NCBI GenBank assembly: GCA_937625935.1
Contig: OW569368.1
Coordinates: 372,001 to 436,000, forward strand
From: Tetramitus jugosus
Taxonomy: Eukaryota > Protista > Heterolobosea
Length of the DNA: 64,000 bases
Direction of reading: 5' to 3'
The translations under genes were made by a program, and so were the position numbers. Within the stretch, counting starts at the first letter, position 1. Each line of letters starts with the position of its first letter. The notes beneath the pieces are model-generated. The model searched no databases and was not told the DNA's origin. It saw nothing but the letters and a program-made list of their open reading frames with translations. Of this stretch, positions 12,017 to 25,342 are shown in pieces.

Positions 12017-12836
12017 ATGTCAGACGAATACGGACAGAGCAATGAACTTCCACCATTCAAAATTATAGTCATTGGAAATCAGGGCGTAGGCAAAACTTGT
12101 CTTATTAAACGATATGTGGACGATGCATTCATTGGTGAGTACATATTTGGATGACTGTATATTGGATTGTTGTTGTTTATTGGGGTGGAAATCATCATAT
12201 TGACACAAAATTCAAACTCTTCTTTTGCTGCTGCTTTGTGTGTGTTGTGAACAAAAAAATCAATCAACAATGGACGAAAAAAAACAAAATCAAATTGTGA
12301 ACACGTGAAATGAAATGAAATGACAAAAAACAGAATCACATTCAAGTACATTGGGCGTCGACTTCAAAATGAAGAATTTAGACATGGACGCCAGAGCTGT
12401 AAAATTACAACTTTGGGACTTCGCAGGCAATGATCGCTTTGCCAATATTCAAAAGTCTAGATTCGAAGAAGCACACGGTATTATTGTAGTATATGATATG
12501 ACGAACAAGGAAAGTTTTGAAGATATTGGTAAATATTGGGCAGATGAAGTTTCCAAGCACAAGCTAAAACCTGGTGTCGCCAAAATGGTCGTCGCCAATA
12601 AGTGCGATTTGTCCGACATGAGAACCGTAGACAGCAAGCAAGGAAAGCAGTTGGCACAAGATTTTGGCGCTCGATTTTTTGAGTCATCGGCGAAATTGAA
12701 CACGAACGTTTCGCAACTGTTTGAGGAAGTGGCGCGGGATGTAAAGCAAGTGGTAGAGAAGAGCTCAGTGGAAGCACCTGATGCATGGAGAGAAGAACAG
12801 AGGAAGGTTGTCAAGAAGAGATGTTTAATCATGTAG
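12017..12836 (+). CDS. Divergent Rab1/Rab8-like small GTPase (intron 12135-12333)
   Basis: GNQGVGKT P-loop in exon 1; STLGVDFKMK, WDFAGNDRF, NKCD and ESSAK; C-terminal CaaX (CLIM). Confidence 0.88.
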
Positions 12837-13141
12837 GAGAGTAAAGTTGACATGGCGTTTTTTTGATTTCATTTAGAAGCTTTTCTTCCTGCTGCTGCCG
12901 TGTGGTTTGATGACACTTTTTATTGAGACGTCATCTGTCCGAGGCTGACAGTCTGAGCTACGGCGGTTTTTTTTGACAACAAACACCCACCCGCCTGCGA
13001 GCCTCGTAGCTTTCAATTATTATTGTCAGTTCCGACCTGGCAAACTCCACGAAAGCTTTCGTCCTTTGACATCCTGCATTTTCACTTTCGGCCGCACAGT
13101 CAAAACAAAACAACACAACAGTCACTAACCGACCGAGCAGC

Positions 13142-14109
13142 ATGTCTCCACCAGAACCACATTTGTCGCCCTGTGAAGGACAAAACATGTTCAGAATAGA
13201 GAAAGAAGCACAGGAGCACTACTTGGACGGTAACAGGTGGTACCATGAAGCAAAAAGCTTTGATATGGCACTGCAGTGTTACACCAAATGTCTGGCACTC
13301 AATCCCAGACACTTGCTCGCTCTCAAGAACAAGGGTATGTGTCATCTCGATTACAACAAAAACACAACAAAAATTTTCTGTCTGACTTTAAGAGAACTTT
13401 TGTTTTTCATGTTCATGACGAACGATTGTTTGCCCAAACAGGTAATGTTCATTTGGACCAGGGAGAGTTTGAGTTGGCACTCGAGCATTACAATCAAGCG
13501 ATTGAAGTGGATCCAAGCTATGCGATACCCTATTTCAATAGAGGTGTTGTGTATGGTCAGAGACAAGAATATGAGCTCGCACTCCACGAATACTCCAAGG
13601 CAATAGCTCTCGATCAGAGGGACCCTGATTTTTTCACCAATCGAGCTCTCGTGTATTACAACCTAGGTCAGTATGAATTGTCGGAGAATGATAATTTACG
13701 CGCCATTGCACTCGATCCGACAAACTTCAAAGCTTACAATAATTTGGGCAACTGTCATCGAGAGCTCAAGAATTATGAGAGAGCTCTAGAGTATTATACA
13801 AAGGTTATTGAGTTGAGTCCTGATTGTGAAATGGGATACAACAACAGAGGCAATATTTATTATGATATGGGTAACTTCCAGTTGGCAGTGATAGACTACT
13901 CGACTTCAGTTTCCATTGATCACAACTACATCAAGGGCTATTCCAATCGGAGCTTGGCTCTCTATCGCATGGGTCTGAATATTCCAGCTTTACGAGATGC
14001 GGCGCGTGCAGTGGAACTCACTTCGTCTCACTCACCTTACAACAACAATAAGAACAACTTCCTCAAGCTCATTTCTCGCAAGTCTCAAGACACACTTCTG
14101 TTCGAATAA
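13142..14109 (+). CDS. Tetratricopeptide-repeat protein (intron 13335-13441)
   Basis: About 7 consecutive 34-aa TPR units (YFNRG..Y, YNNLG, YNNRG; A...DP). Confidence 0.88.
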
Positions 14110-14171
14110 AGCACGTGACTAACGATTAATAACAATAGATAGCATGAGTAAATTCCTCTCTCTAATATTCT

Positions 14172-15925
14172 TTACTTGTTTTCTTGAGCAATTAGCTCTG
14201 AGAATTCCTTCAATACATTTATGTACAATGGAGAAATTTCAGTTTCTCCTCGTGAGTCAATCTCCTGAAAGCCGCCGTATTGAGTACTCGCTGTTGTTGA
14301 TGTCGAATATGATTTGTTAAAGAATATCACAGTTACGGTGATATCGTCGTGTAACATTCTCTTGAAATCTGTGGGCAATTGCATCAGATTGGACAATTTT
14401 TCTTGATCGCTCCGACCGTAACCACTCTTTAACAATGCTTGTCTAATCAGAAACGTTGACACGTTGGCCTTGTCATGTTGCATGTATTGCTGACCTCGCA
14501 CAAACTGTTCCACTAATTGTACAACTTCAAGATTTTTAAGCACGTCCCAGAGACCATCACTCGCAATGACCATAAACTCATCGAACCTCGTGTCGAGCTC
14601 AATGTGTTGTATCTCTGGTTCGGCTTTCACATAGGGCGGATTCCACTTCTCCTGATTCTTAATTAAATCAGGCAACAGTATACCAATAACTGGCTCCTTG
14701 TACATGATATCACCAAAGGATCTTGATGGTTGCAATCCTCCCTTGATCCGTCCATCATACACAATGTCTCTCTCATTGGGAAACTCGCTTCTCAGCCTCT
14801 GTTCCTCACTCTCTGCTGTTTGATCGCGTGAGAGTGCAATGGCTTGTAATTGGCCTGTTCGGGCGTCTCTTCGCGCCAAAATTGCTCTACAGTCACCAGT
14901 GTTGGCCACCCATAGTTGATTCTTTTGAATGTAGGCCATGATTGCGCAAGAGCCTGACAAGTCATTGGGTATGACTTGCTTTCCCTTGATCATTCTCACA
15001 AGAGCACCCTTGCAAAACACGCTATCCGTATACACGAATGCCTCTCTCAACACCAATGGTATACCAAAAGTGTACCGCACCATGTTTCTCATATCTTGTA
15101 AAAGCTTACGCTCCTTTTCGTCCATTGTACTCTCAATGGCCCTGTTCCAGTCATCATCCGTCATTTGTTCCATATTGGTAAGATTACAGTTGCCTACGTT
15201 GAGCTGTGGGCGCTCTTTCATTTGTTGCCTCACTTTTTGTCTCATGAAGAGACGGAATTTCAAGTAGGGAATGAGGTGAGAGCTCAAGAATGAAGCACAT
15301 CCATCACCCGCATGTCCGTCATACACTATGATAACCGACCGTGGCAAAAAAGAACGAGTTAGTTGTCGGCCAAAAAAATAGTAAATGTCGGATGAATCAT
15401 CCGAAATGGGCAAGAGGAGAATAAAACTCAACGCAGTAAATTTCTCCAAAAATGGACAAAAAGCGGTCCACCAATGGTCACCAAATTCATACCTGCAAAA
15501 AAGCTCTCCTCTCCGTCGTACACTTGTGCTTGTCTGTCTTCGATTGGATCATTTGCAGCATACATGTTTGTGTCCACTCTGTAAACAATACTGCTATTGT
15601 TGATCATGTTGTGATTGTTTGGTGGCAATGACGACGGAAAAGTCAAGTTTTGATTCTTTTCTAATAGTCTCGAAATCTCCTCATTGGATAGCATTCTTGC
15701 CGCTTCCTCTGCATAAAAGTATTGTGTGTGATAACTGCTTGTTGTTGATGAACTGACACCACTGCTCATGTTTGATGGTGATGTTAGTGGTGGTGGTTTG
15801 TGTGTTGGTGGTTGTGGTGGTGCCTGTTGAGATGGTTGTTGTGCTGGTTGAGCCGATGGTTGTTGTTGGTGTTCCTGTTGGTTGTGGTGATGGTGAAGCG
15901 ATCGAAAAGCGGATCCAAATACCAT
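14172..15925 (-). CDS. PP2C phosphatase, pyruvate dehydrogenase phosphatase (PDP/PTC5)-like (intron 15326-15492; N-terminus uncertain)
   Basis: ANDPIEDR, spliced FFA|VYDGHAG, ANTGDCRA, SRSFGD, PPYVKAEPEI, DGLWD and HDDITV. Confidence 0.85.
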
Positions 15926-16397
15926 AAGTGTTCGAAAGGTGGGAGTTTGTTGGAAGTGGTCGGAGCAGCTGTTTTAGCTGTAGGGTGGCTCACAAATCGG
16001 TAGTTGTGTGGTGGTTTTTGGTTGATGGTCGGGCGGGCTTCAAATTTCTTTGCTTTCCGTGGTGAGTGTGGATGATTTTGTGTGAAAAGACCCAAAACTC
16101 TCTCTGATGATTCAAGCTTTTATACCAACGTTTGGTGGAACAAGTGATGCAAATGTATTGGGTGTGCGATGGTGTGGTTTGGTCAATTGCTGATAAACAC
16201 CTCTGGTTTTTTTGTTAGTTGATTCAATGAAACAGAGAACCAAAAGCGATATTCTTCCCATTCGATTCTTGGCTTGGGCTTTTTTCGTACCTGAAGGAAG
16301 GAGCATCTATTTTTGTTGTTAATTCTCACTCTTCCTTATCGGGTCAAAATATTCCTGTTGTAAGGGTAATTGAGTTACTCCGATTCATGCGATTGCA

Positions 16398-19300
16398 TCA
16401 TGTGTCATTCTCTACTTCATAAAAGGTGTTGAAGTTGAGCAGCAGTGTCAAAGGATCTCGATCACTGGTCATAATGCCCCGATTCGTAATGAGATTATGA
16501 TGAGAGGAGAGCAAAGACCGACTTGTCTTGAGAGAGGCATACAATCTCATTGCTTGATACTGGAACTCGTCCTTGGTGCGAATCATTGCCTCGAATGCAA
16601 AGCTGGATAATGGCTGAGACAGAGGGTTACTGACTAACTGTAGATGGAATCGAAGAATAAGATTCATAATATCCGTAATGATACTCATTGTATCCCTTGT
16701 TGAATCACCAAGGAGACATTGGGCAATGGTTTGTTGGAGGAATTGATGGTGAGCTTCGATAACGCTTGCAAAGGAGTTGGTTGTCTGAAGTTTCGTTTCG
16801 AAGTCTCTTGCGCAAATGCTGATTACTTGTGTCATGATGTATGACCGCATGATGTCCATAAAGTGTTGCAGCTCTTGCCTAAACATTTGTAGCTGTAATA
16901 TTCGCCGATCCTGGGATCGACGAATCGTTGGATGCTTAAATTGAGTCCATATGTTTTGAAGTACATGCTCGATTCTCTTCAAACGAAGCAGAAAATGATA
17001 GATCGTATTGTATAAGCTCATTGTTTCGCTACCGAAAATGATGTTCAGTGGGAATTCTAATTCATAATCAATTCGTATCATATCAAGCGATTGGATCAAG
17101 TATGGGTCCATAAACATTTCGTTGGGTTGTTCTATTGATAATGACAACTTGTCAACGTGCTTCCAAACTTTTTCAGTGTATTCTGCCTTCTTAACGACAT
17201 CATCAACCAGTGTATTAATACTTATGTGAGTGAGTGCTCCTTGATCTATTTTGTCGAATATTAAGGAACATAGCACATCGACGAAGTCTCCTGCTTCGAA
17301 TAAAATATATCTTCTCACGGTTTTAAAGTGATCCTGAATTTTAAGAACGTTAAATAACATTGTTCGTGTAATGGAGTGAACAATTACAGAATGTGCTTTG
17401 ATGGGATTATGAATACTCTCTCTGACTGACAGCTCGAAAGATAGTGTGTCTTGTTCTTCCAAAAACCCATGAGTCGCGTTGCTTTCAGCAGGTGATGAGA
17501 TTTGTTCTGGGTTGGACAAAATGGTTGATTGGTTATCTTTCTCGGCTATGTCTATTGTTTGTTCGTGATATGGCTCGCGATAAGCCACACTATCATCAAT
17601 TTCCATTGTTGTGGATTCCTGATATTCCTGTTGTCTTGGGGAATTGACTGAGGGAAGACTCTCATCAGTAGGAGCAATATCCTCCATTGGTTCGTCAAGA
17701 GTTCTTGTAGAATTATCAATAGGAGCAATAACACTTTTGTAATCATTCTGCTTCTGAGATGTCAGTACATCAGGCACAGTATTTCCCAAATTCTCAATAT
17801 TTGGTGATTCAGTTTCCATTTCCACATCACTCATCTCAACATTAATTTCACTTTGTTTACTTGCTGGCCAATATTCAGTTTCCTCATATGATTTTGCGAG
17901 GAATTCGTTTCTCTTCTGGTTCAAAACACTTCGTCTAAATCTCCATCTCGATAGTGCAATCCGTTTCTCTACTTGTTTCATTTTCGCTTGATATTCACTT
18001 CGTATTTCATTTTCAGCTTCCTTCTTCAAATTCTCTTCCTCTTCATCCAAATTGTTCAGAATGGATGAGTTATACGATGCTTGTTTTTCAGATTCCCGCT
18101 TTTCTCTCGCTTTCTTTTCACTCAGTTCTATTAGTTTTTGTTGAAGAAGGGATCTCTTAAAATCAAGTCGTTCTTTCACAATCTGAAGTACTCTTTCGTT
18201 GTGCATTAGAGAAAGCTCCTCCAATTTCTTTCGATAGACTCGTCGCTCTGCCATTCGTCTCTGTACTGCCAGTTCTTCTTGGTGTATTAAGCTGTTAATA
18301 TAACGTTCATGTTGTTCGTTGTGCTTCATCGATAATTCAATAAGAAGGTTTCGAGTATAATTCAGCATTTCGTCTGAATACTTGATTGAGATTAGTTCTC
18401 CTGTTATTTCAGGGTAGTATGTAAATATAAAATGTGAGGGCTCATATTGACGAATGACACACAATGTACGGCCTATTTGAAATATGCTACTTGAATCATT
18501 CATCAAAAATATCGGAATGTTATCATGAATTGCTGAGTATGATTGCCTCCAAGCATCCACTTCCTTTCCTTGGATTGAGTCTGGCTGAATATAAAACTCA
18601 TTGTACCTATCTGACAAGGTGCCAAAATATATCCATTCTCTAATCCACTTGAGATATGGGTCACATGCTGATTTAAATAAATAGAAGGCAATTGATTTTA
18701 GCTCTTGATAGAATTCTACTTCGATTGATTGTTGGTACAGGTAGGTTAATAACTTTGCTCCTTTAGGAAAGGTTCGAATTCTTTCAGATATCGGCTCGAA
18801 CGTCCAGTCGTCAGATATAACAAACTTGTCCTTCTTGTTTTGAATCTGTATATCGCAACAACATAGACGAGCCACAAATTTTAGTCTATTAATAATAGAT
18901 TCAAGATGAACAAGCAAGCTGATTAGAGTTAGACTGTTGCTATTCGCCTTCGAGGAGTCGATGGAGTAGCACGATTGTACTAATATTTCACTCTCCATTG
19001 TGCATTTTGTGTTCAGTATTGCCGAATGAAACCAATTCATAAAGTGTCCTACGGCCACAGAAAATGCACGACATATAACACCACATTGAATTGTTCGAAG
19101 TTCGTTCAATTGTTGAAATATTCCTATCCGTCTTACAAGCGATCCAGCATGGGCAAATTCAGTTAATATCCTAGCAGTGCTTTGTGCTGTGCATGCTTTA
19201 GTATACACAAATGAAGGTTTGAATATGGCATCTTCTTCATTGTAAGTAAAGTAAGATGACGGTATTCCTTGAAGCACCAACAAAACATAATGAATCAATG

Positions 19301-20352
19301 TTTGATCATCAACCAAAATAGCCTGCTCTTCTTCGAGATCGAAGTGCTTGCGACACAGATAGAGTTTGTCTGGATTGTTGTCAAAAAAGTAAATGTCATC
19401 CCTTTTCTTCTGACTATGTTCACTCTTGTTTAATGCTTCCAAAAATGAACGAGAGACATCATTTTCATTCCTAGTTGCTACAGAGTCCAATATTGAGTTT
19501 TCTTCTGGCAGTGTATAAATGAACACATTCGATGGTCCCCGTTCGGTTGGAATAATTTCTTCATTTTGCTCTGTGGGTTGTTGCAGAGAAAAAATTCCGT
19601 GAATGAACCGGTTCTCTCCCGCGGATAAGTACTTGGTGACATCTCTATATTCTCTCGTAAACTGGTTGCTATTATCGTCCTCTATAGGCTCGTTCACATC
19701 AGCGGATTGGTTCATATTTTCATTGGTCAATTGATGAAAGAACATGGATTGATGACCCATGTTCTTTCCTTCAATGTCCGCCAAACCAAACACGAGAGTT
19801 AGCAATTGATTGTGAAAAATGAGTCTGTGTGTAGAGAGACCGTTGGATTCACGTGTGATGGGACACATGGGATCATCGAACATCCAATTACACCTCCTCC
19901 ATCGATCCACTAGTTCACACAACCGATTCGCATCACTTTCACGCTTTTGACAATTGAGTCGATACAGAAATTGAGATATTCTCAGCTCTATGATTCTTTT
20001 ATGCTTATCTTCATTGACCTGGGAGTCAATTGCATCTTCCCTTTCATCATCAAGCAATAACTAAAAAGAGCAACAACAACAACAAACTTGTCAACAAATG
20101 ATCGAAACAACCAAGAAGATCATTATAACTTACTTGATTCTCATTATTGTCCACTTCCCCTTGCATACCCAACAAAATCTCAAAGCATTTGTGCTTTAGG
20201 CGGTTCAATAGCTTTTCTTCCTGTTGTTTGTTGAGCTCGCGCAGTACACTGGGTTTTATAATCGATTTGCACAAATTCACAATGAGATTCTGCACACTAC
20301 GACTGTCATTTTGTTCGTGATGCTCAGACACGATGTTGTTGTTCGTGCTCAT
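16398..20352 (-). CDS. TUBGCP6: Gamma-tubulin complex component 6 (intron 20061-20133)
   Basis: GRIP1 (GAKLLTYLYQ, CDPYLKWIREWIYFG) and GRIP2 (RRYILFEAGDF, FPLNII, LQMFRQELQHF) separated by the long coiled-coil/disordered insert typical of GCP6. Confidence 0.85.
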
Positions 20353-20748
20353 TTCAGTTCTTTGCTCGAACTGAATGTTTCCCGCTCTTTTTTCATTTAA
20401 TTGCCCGACCATTTTGGCGGTATCCCCTTCCTCAAGAAAACAAGATGAGAAGTATTCAGTCACTCAAAACTCAGAGATGCATTCTTGCTCTCTTCGTTGA
20501 ATGATCCAACTTTCCAAAATAGTGCATCAGTTAAAGTTATTTTTGATCAATCAGTTTAACCAAATTCTGCGGATTGGTTCACTTCATCGACCAACGAACC
20601 GAGCCGAGTCAAACAGTTTGAGCTTTTTCATGAACGATCAACGGACGCGATTGACCAACACAATACAACGCAACACCATTCGCAACAAAAAGCAGGATCA
20701 ATCTTGCAGCAAAAGGAGAAAACAAACGCAGTGTGGTACAGAGAACAG

Positions 20749-23700
20749 ATGGATTCACACGTACCACTCACCATTGACACTCATTCGTCGCAACGTCACA
20801 AGACACATGATATTTCCTATCATTACCATCAACAGAGCTTACCTCACAAGGATCCACCCATTCAAGATATGACCACCATCACTTCAACCACTACCGATGG
20901 CACGAACAACATGAGTAAAACAAAAATAGAAGCAATCAAAGAGAACAGCACAACAAACTGTTTAGCAGATCATGTCCAGTATCCAACAAATGTCGGCTCT
21001 GTGCCTTTTGATAACCAAAGGAGAGGTAGTATTCAATTCTATAAGATATCTCCCTCTTCGCCGTCTTCTGTCGGCTCTACTCCACCATCAGCTGCGTCAT
21101 CTGGATCCAACACAAGACGTCATTACACTGATCATGATGATATTGTTGAGGATTCACAGCTCGAAGAACATTACAACAAATCAGTGTCAGGCGATCAACC
21201 GCATCAAGAAAAACCAAAGTTGAAGTTGATTCACTTCAAGCATACAGAAGCATCAGAGATGTATGATAGCGCACGATTACTACGAGCAATTGCAAAAGCT
21301 CAACTCAGAGCGATTAGCAACGTGGCAGACACGACAAATCTGTTTGACTATTTGTTGAAGCAGGCATTGAAGCTCATGAACTGTTCCTATGGTTTTCTGG
21401 GTGAGTTGAGAATGGATGTTCAAAGTGGTTCCCTCCACAAATCAAGCCCAACGACAGTATCCAGGTGTAACTGCAAGTACGAAGACGGCCAAACACATGA
21501 CGAAGATTGTCCATTGCATCGTAACAACTCCTATCGGCCCCATCACTACCCTCATCGAGTAGATCTAAAAGAGCCTGATATCGTCGATTTCTCTGGTAGG
21601 AATGATATTATCGGTCCTGGAGCCATCACACAGAATCTTGGAGCTCAACCGATCGGAAGCTCAGAGAACGATGACCATAGACCGTATTTGCACATGAGAG
21701 TGGTTGCCAACGTGCCTCTGTCTACAGAACAAGAAGAGCTTTTCGATGAGTGGAAATTCATGAGTTTTCAACATAGGGCAATGGGAGGTATCTTTCAACA
21801 GGTCATGGAAGGATACCAAGTCGTCATTATCAATGATTGTGCCAAGCATTCAGAGATCTTTCCGAAGAAACATCCACACATTATTAATTTTATTGGATTG
21901 CCGCTCATTTCAGAAGAGGGAGTGATAGGAATGGTCGGAATTGCGAACAGAAAGAGTGAAGGTGGTTTTAAGCAATGTAGGGACTTTGAGTTCCTGAGAC
22001 CTTTCATTACTACCTGCACAACACTATTGATATCCCACCAAAACTATCTGAAACGTAAAGAAACAGAGCTCGAATTGCAAGAGTCATATCGAACACTGGA
22101 GAGACGTGTCGTGGAGCGAACTGAGGAGTTATCGAAAGAGATTGACAGAAGAAGAGAGACTGAGAAACAGTTGTTGTTTGAAAAGCATCGAGCTGAACAA
22201 GCTGTTGTACAAAAGAATGTGTTTTTGGCATCGCTGTCTCACGATTTACGAACACCGTTGAATTCAATCATCAGTATCGCCGATATCATGTCAAGGACAG
22301 GACTAACCAACGAGCAATTCGAATATACTCATCTGATAGAAGTTAGTGGAAACATGTTGATCAATTTGGTGAACGATTTGTTGGAGTTCTCTGCACTGGA
22401 GATGAAACAACAATCATCAACCACAGTGTTGGAATACAAGACATTTGATTTGAGAAAAACAATGGAGAGTATATTGGACATTGGAACGTTTTCTGCTCAG
22501 GAGAAACCAGATGTCGAAGTGGTACACATTTATGACTTTGACAGCTTTCCGAGTGATATCACAGTTGTTGGTGATCCATTCCGATTGTCTACTATTTTTA
22601 TGAACTTGTTGACAAATAGCTCCAAGTTTACACTTAAGGGATTCATTTCTCTAAAGACTCGATTCCTAGACTTTGTAGAATGCCACAATAATGAATTCAA
22701 GCTTGGAAACAGAAAAATAAGGGTCGAGTTCATTGTGGAGGACAGTGGTGTTGGTATGCCCAAAGAATTTTTAAGTCGAATTGGGACACCATTCACTCAG
22801 AACAAGAATCCCTTGGTGAGCAATGTACACGGCACAGGATTGGGACTAGTCATTGCCAAAACAATGATTCAACTTATGGAAGGAGAATTAGAAATCGAGT
22901 CAGAGCTTGGCACAGGGTCCAAGTTTACAGTTATATTGCAATTCGAAGCAATTCAAGGACCTGATTTTGATCACGACGAATTTAATGAACATGTCGCAAT
23001 AGGAAAGCAAAGTCGATTAGAACAGAATCGACGTAACCAGTGTGTCATCCTAGCTGAATCACTCGAAAATTGTATGGTGTCACTGAAGCAAATTTTGTTA
23101 CAGCTTGGATTCGTGGATGACAACATATTCTGCACCTCAAATTTAACGACAATAAGAGCTCTCATCGCGTCGCTACGAAGGAAACAATGCCCATTCTTTT
23201 TATTCATAGCACCAAAGATATTAGGAATTGCAAAGAGTAATATTGCACCACACGAGAAAGCGACACAAATATTGGAACTCTCCCCACAAGAATCACAACA
23301 TTTAATTTTGACAACTTACTTAACTTTTGGCAAGAGTATACCGAGTCATCTTCGAGTGTTGAAACCATTTAAGCTCAATAATGTGGAAGAAAGAGTGAGG
23401 GACAAACAAAACTTGGAACCGAGGGGAATGAGAAAAAATAGTCAGATAGAAGAGGCAGCTCAGATGAATGCTCCTTCTGGTACGATCAACATTCTAATTG
23501 TTGACGATAACGCCATTAATCAGAAGATTTTGTCACATATCTTGTCCCAGCTAGGTTACAAGAATCACTCTGTCGTAGACTCTGGAGAGAAAGCTTGCGA
23601 GCTATGTAGGAATCAAGATTTTGATGTAATTTTTATGGACTTGCTGCTTGGTGGAATCGATGGCTACGAAGCATCCAAGATTATCACTCAGGAAGAATTC

Positions 23701-23859
23701 ACAAGAAAGGGAAGAGTTGACTCCAAAATCATTGCACTCTCTGCACAATCGTTCGAACCCAGTGACACTCTCAAGTTTGAGCAACATGGAATGCTCCCCA
23801 CTGCTCTCACGAAACCAGTCTCAGCCAAACAGATCTCCACCTTTCTCCAGAGCTGTTGA
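20749..23859 (+). CDS. Hybrid sensor histidine kinase (GAF-HisKA-HATPase-degenerate REC-REC)
   Basis: GAF (FPKKHPHIINFIGLPL), H-box SHDLRTPLN, N-box NLLTNSSKFT, DSGVG, GTGLGL, and a receiver with VDDN..FMD..K. The first in-frame ATG is used as the start. Confidence 0.92.
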   Translation: MDSHVPLTIDTHSSQRHKTHDISYHYHQQSLPHKDPPIQDMTTITSTTTDGTNNMSKTKIEAIKENSTTNCLADHVQYPTNVGSVPFDNQRRGSIQFYKISPSSPSSVGSTPPSAASSGSNTRRHYTDHDDIVEDSQLEEHYNKSVSGDQPHQEKPKLKLIHFKHTEASEMYDSARLLRAIAKAQLRAISNVADTTNLFDYLLKQALKLMNCSYGFLGELRMDVQSGSLHKSSPTTVSRCNCKYEDGQTHDEDCPLHRNNSYRPHHYPHRVDLKEPDIVDFSGRNDIIGPGAITQNLGAQPIGSSENDDHRPYLHMRVVANVPLSTEQEELFDEWKFMSFQHRAMGGIFQQVMEGYQVVIINDCAKHSEIFPKKHPHIINFIGLPLISEEGVIGMVGIANRKSEGGFKQCRDFEFLRPFITTCTTLLISHQNYLKRKETELELQESYRTLERRVVERTEELSKEIDRRRETEKQLLFEKHRAEQAVVQKNVFLASLSHDLRTPLNSIISIADIMSRTGLTNEQFEYTHLIEVSGNMLINLVNDLLEFSALEMKQQSSTTVLEYKTFDLRKTMESILDIGTFSAQEKPDVEVVHIYDFDSFPSDITVVGDPFRLSTIFMNLLTNSSKFTLKGFISLKTRFLDFVECHNNEFKLGNRKIRVEFIVEDSGVGMPKEFLSRIGTPFTQNKNPLVSNVHGTGLGLVIAKTMIQLMEGELEIESELGTGSKFTVILQFEAIQGPDFDHDEFNEHVAIGKQSRLEQNRRNQCVILAESLENCMVSLKQILLQLGFVDDNIFCTSNLTTIRALIASLRRKQCPFFLFIAPKILGIAKSNIAPHEKATQILELSPQESQHLILTTYLTFGKSIPSHLRVLKPFKLNNVEERVRDKQNLEPRGMRKNSQIEEAAQMNAPSGTINILIVDDNAINQKILSHILSQLGYKNHSVVDSGEKACELCRNQDFDVIFMDLLLGGIDGYEASKIITQEEFTRKGRVDSKIIALSAQSFEPSDTLKFEQHGMLPTALTKPVSAKQISTFLQSC

Positions 23860-23993
23860 CACCATGGCCAGCAAACCGCTCAGATCGGACCCACCGGATT
23901 GTCCAATGTGAAAAATCTCCGATTTCCCCAACAAAAATCAACAAACAAAATTAAACAACAGCACTAACAATCCACCACTACCACTCAAAGAAA

Positions 23994-25055
23994 ATGGCAG
24001 TAGAGAGAGCATTGGTCCTTGGAGGCAACGGATTCGTCGGTCGTCATCTTGTCGAAGATTTAATTGCACTCAAGAAACAAGTGTACGTTTTCGATGTCCG
24101 TAAATCTCCGGATTATGAATTGGATCCAAATTTGCGCCAAAATGTAAAAAAGTTTTACGAGGGAGATTTGACAAATGTGGAGACAGTTCTCGCTGCCCTC
24201 AAGGAATCTCAAGTAGACACGATTTTCCACTGTGCTACACCAAGTCCATTTGCACCGGCTCACATCCTTCACAAGGTCAACATTGAAGGATCAAAGACTC
24301 TTCTTGCATGCTGCAAAGAAGCACCCAACGTCAAGAGTCTCATTTTAACAAGCTCAGCTTCTGTTGTCTACTCTGGTAATGATGTGATAAATGCTGATGA
24401 GAAGACTCCTTATGCTACCAAGGGACATAGTCCATACACTGACTCCAAAATTGCTCAAGAAAAGTTCTTACTCGAAGCAAATAACAAGGAAGAGTATGGA
24501 TTTGTGAAGATTGTGTCCATTCGCCCTGCCAGTATCTTTGGTGAACGTGATCTTCTCTTCTACCCTGCTTTGATCAAAGCAGCAAAGGATGGCAAGACCA
24601 AGTTCCGTGTGGGAAACAGACAGAATGACAATGATTTCACCTATGTCAAGAATGTGAGTCATGCTTTGTTGTTGGCTGCTGAGAAGATTGACAAGGTTGC
24701 TGGTGAAGCCTTCTTTATCACAAATGATGAACCTATTCCATTCTGGGACTATATTGGTTCTGTTTGGGAGACCTATGGCGCACCAAAGCCAACTATTTGC
24801 ATTCCATTGAATGTCATGTGGGTCATTGGTATGATTGTCTCCTTTATTTACTGGTTGATTGCTGTTTTGACTGCTGGACATGTTAAACTCGAAGTTCCTG
24901 CTCCAATCAGCCCTGAAAAGCTCTCCTTCTATTTCACATACCGTACTCATGACATCTCAAAGGCAAAGAAACTTTTGGGATACAAGCCATTGTTGAACAT
25001 GAAGGAAGCGACCAAGAAAACTGTAGACTGGTTCATTGAACAAGACAAAAAGTAA
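23994..25055 (+). CDS. NSDHL: Sterol-4-alpha-carboxylate 3-dehydrogenase (NSDHL/ERG26), 3-beta-HSD family
   Basis: GGNGFVG Rossmann motif, TSSASVV, catalytic YxxxK (YTDSK), RPASIFG, DFTYVKNV, GEAFFITNDEP and a C-terminal hydrophobic segment. Confidence 0.88.
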   Translation: MAVERALVLGGNGFVGRHLVEDLIALKKQVYVFDVRKSPDYELDPNLRQNVKKFYEGDLTNVETVLAALKESQVDTIFHCATPSPFAPAHILHKVNIEGSKTLLACCKEAPNVKSLILTSSASVVYSGNDVINADEKTPYATKGHSPYTDSKIAQEKFLLEANNKEEYGFVKIVSIRPASIFGERDLLFYPALIKAAKDGKTKFRVGNRQNDNDFTYVKNVSHALLLAAEKIDKVAGEAFFITNDEPIPFWDYIGSVWETYGAPKPTICIPLNVMWVIGMIVSFIYWLIAVLTAGHVKLEVPAPISPEKLSFYFTYRTHDISKAKKLLGYKPLLNMKEATKKTVDWFIEQDKK

Positions 25056-25342
25056 AAAAGAGACACAACCCCAGAATTGATTGACATGCGTGACGGAACT
25101 CTCCCCCACTTCAAAAAATATCACTTTGAGTTCAGAAAAACCAAAACCAAAAAGCAACCACAGACACGCATCAACTCTGAACTCAATTGAACTTTGCTTT
25201 TTTTGCTTCAGACACCAGACAGCTGACCTACCATTCATATTCTTCCCTTTTCCAACAACTCACTCAATACAAAAAAAAACACCACAACACACAACAAAAC
25301 AACAAGCGATAAGAAAGAATCAAAAATTTATACAAACAAAAA

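Noticed and set aside
15784-16306. Short ORFs upstream of the PP2C gene as extra exons or a targeting peptide
   Set aside because: No convincing splice sites join them in frame; left unresolved.
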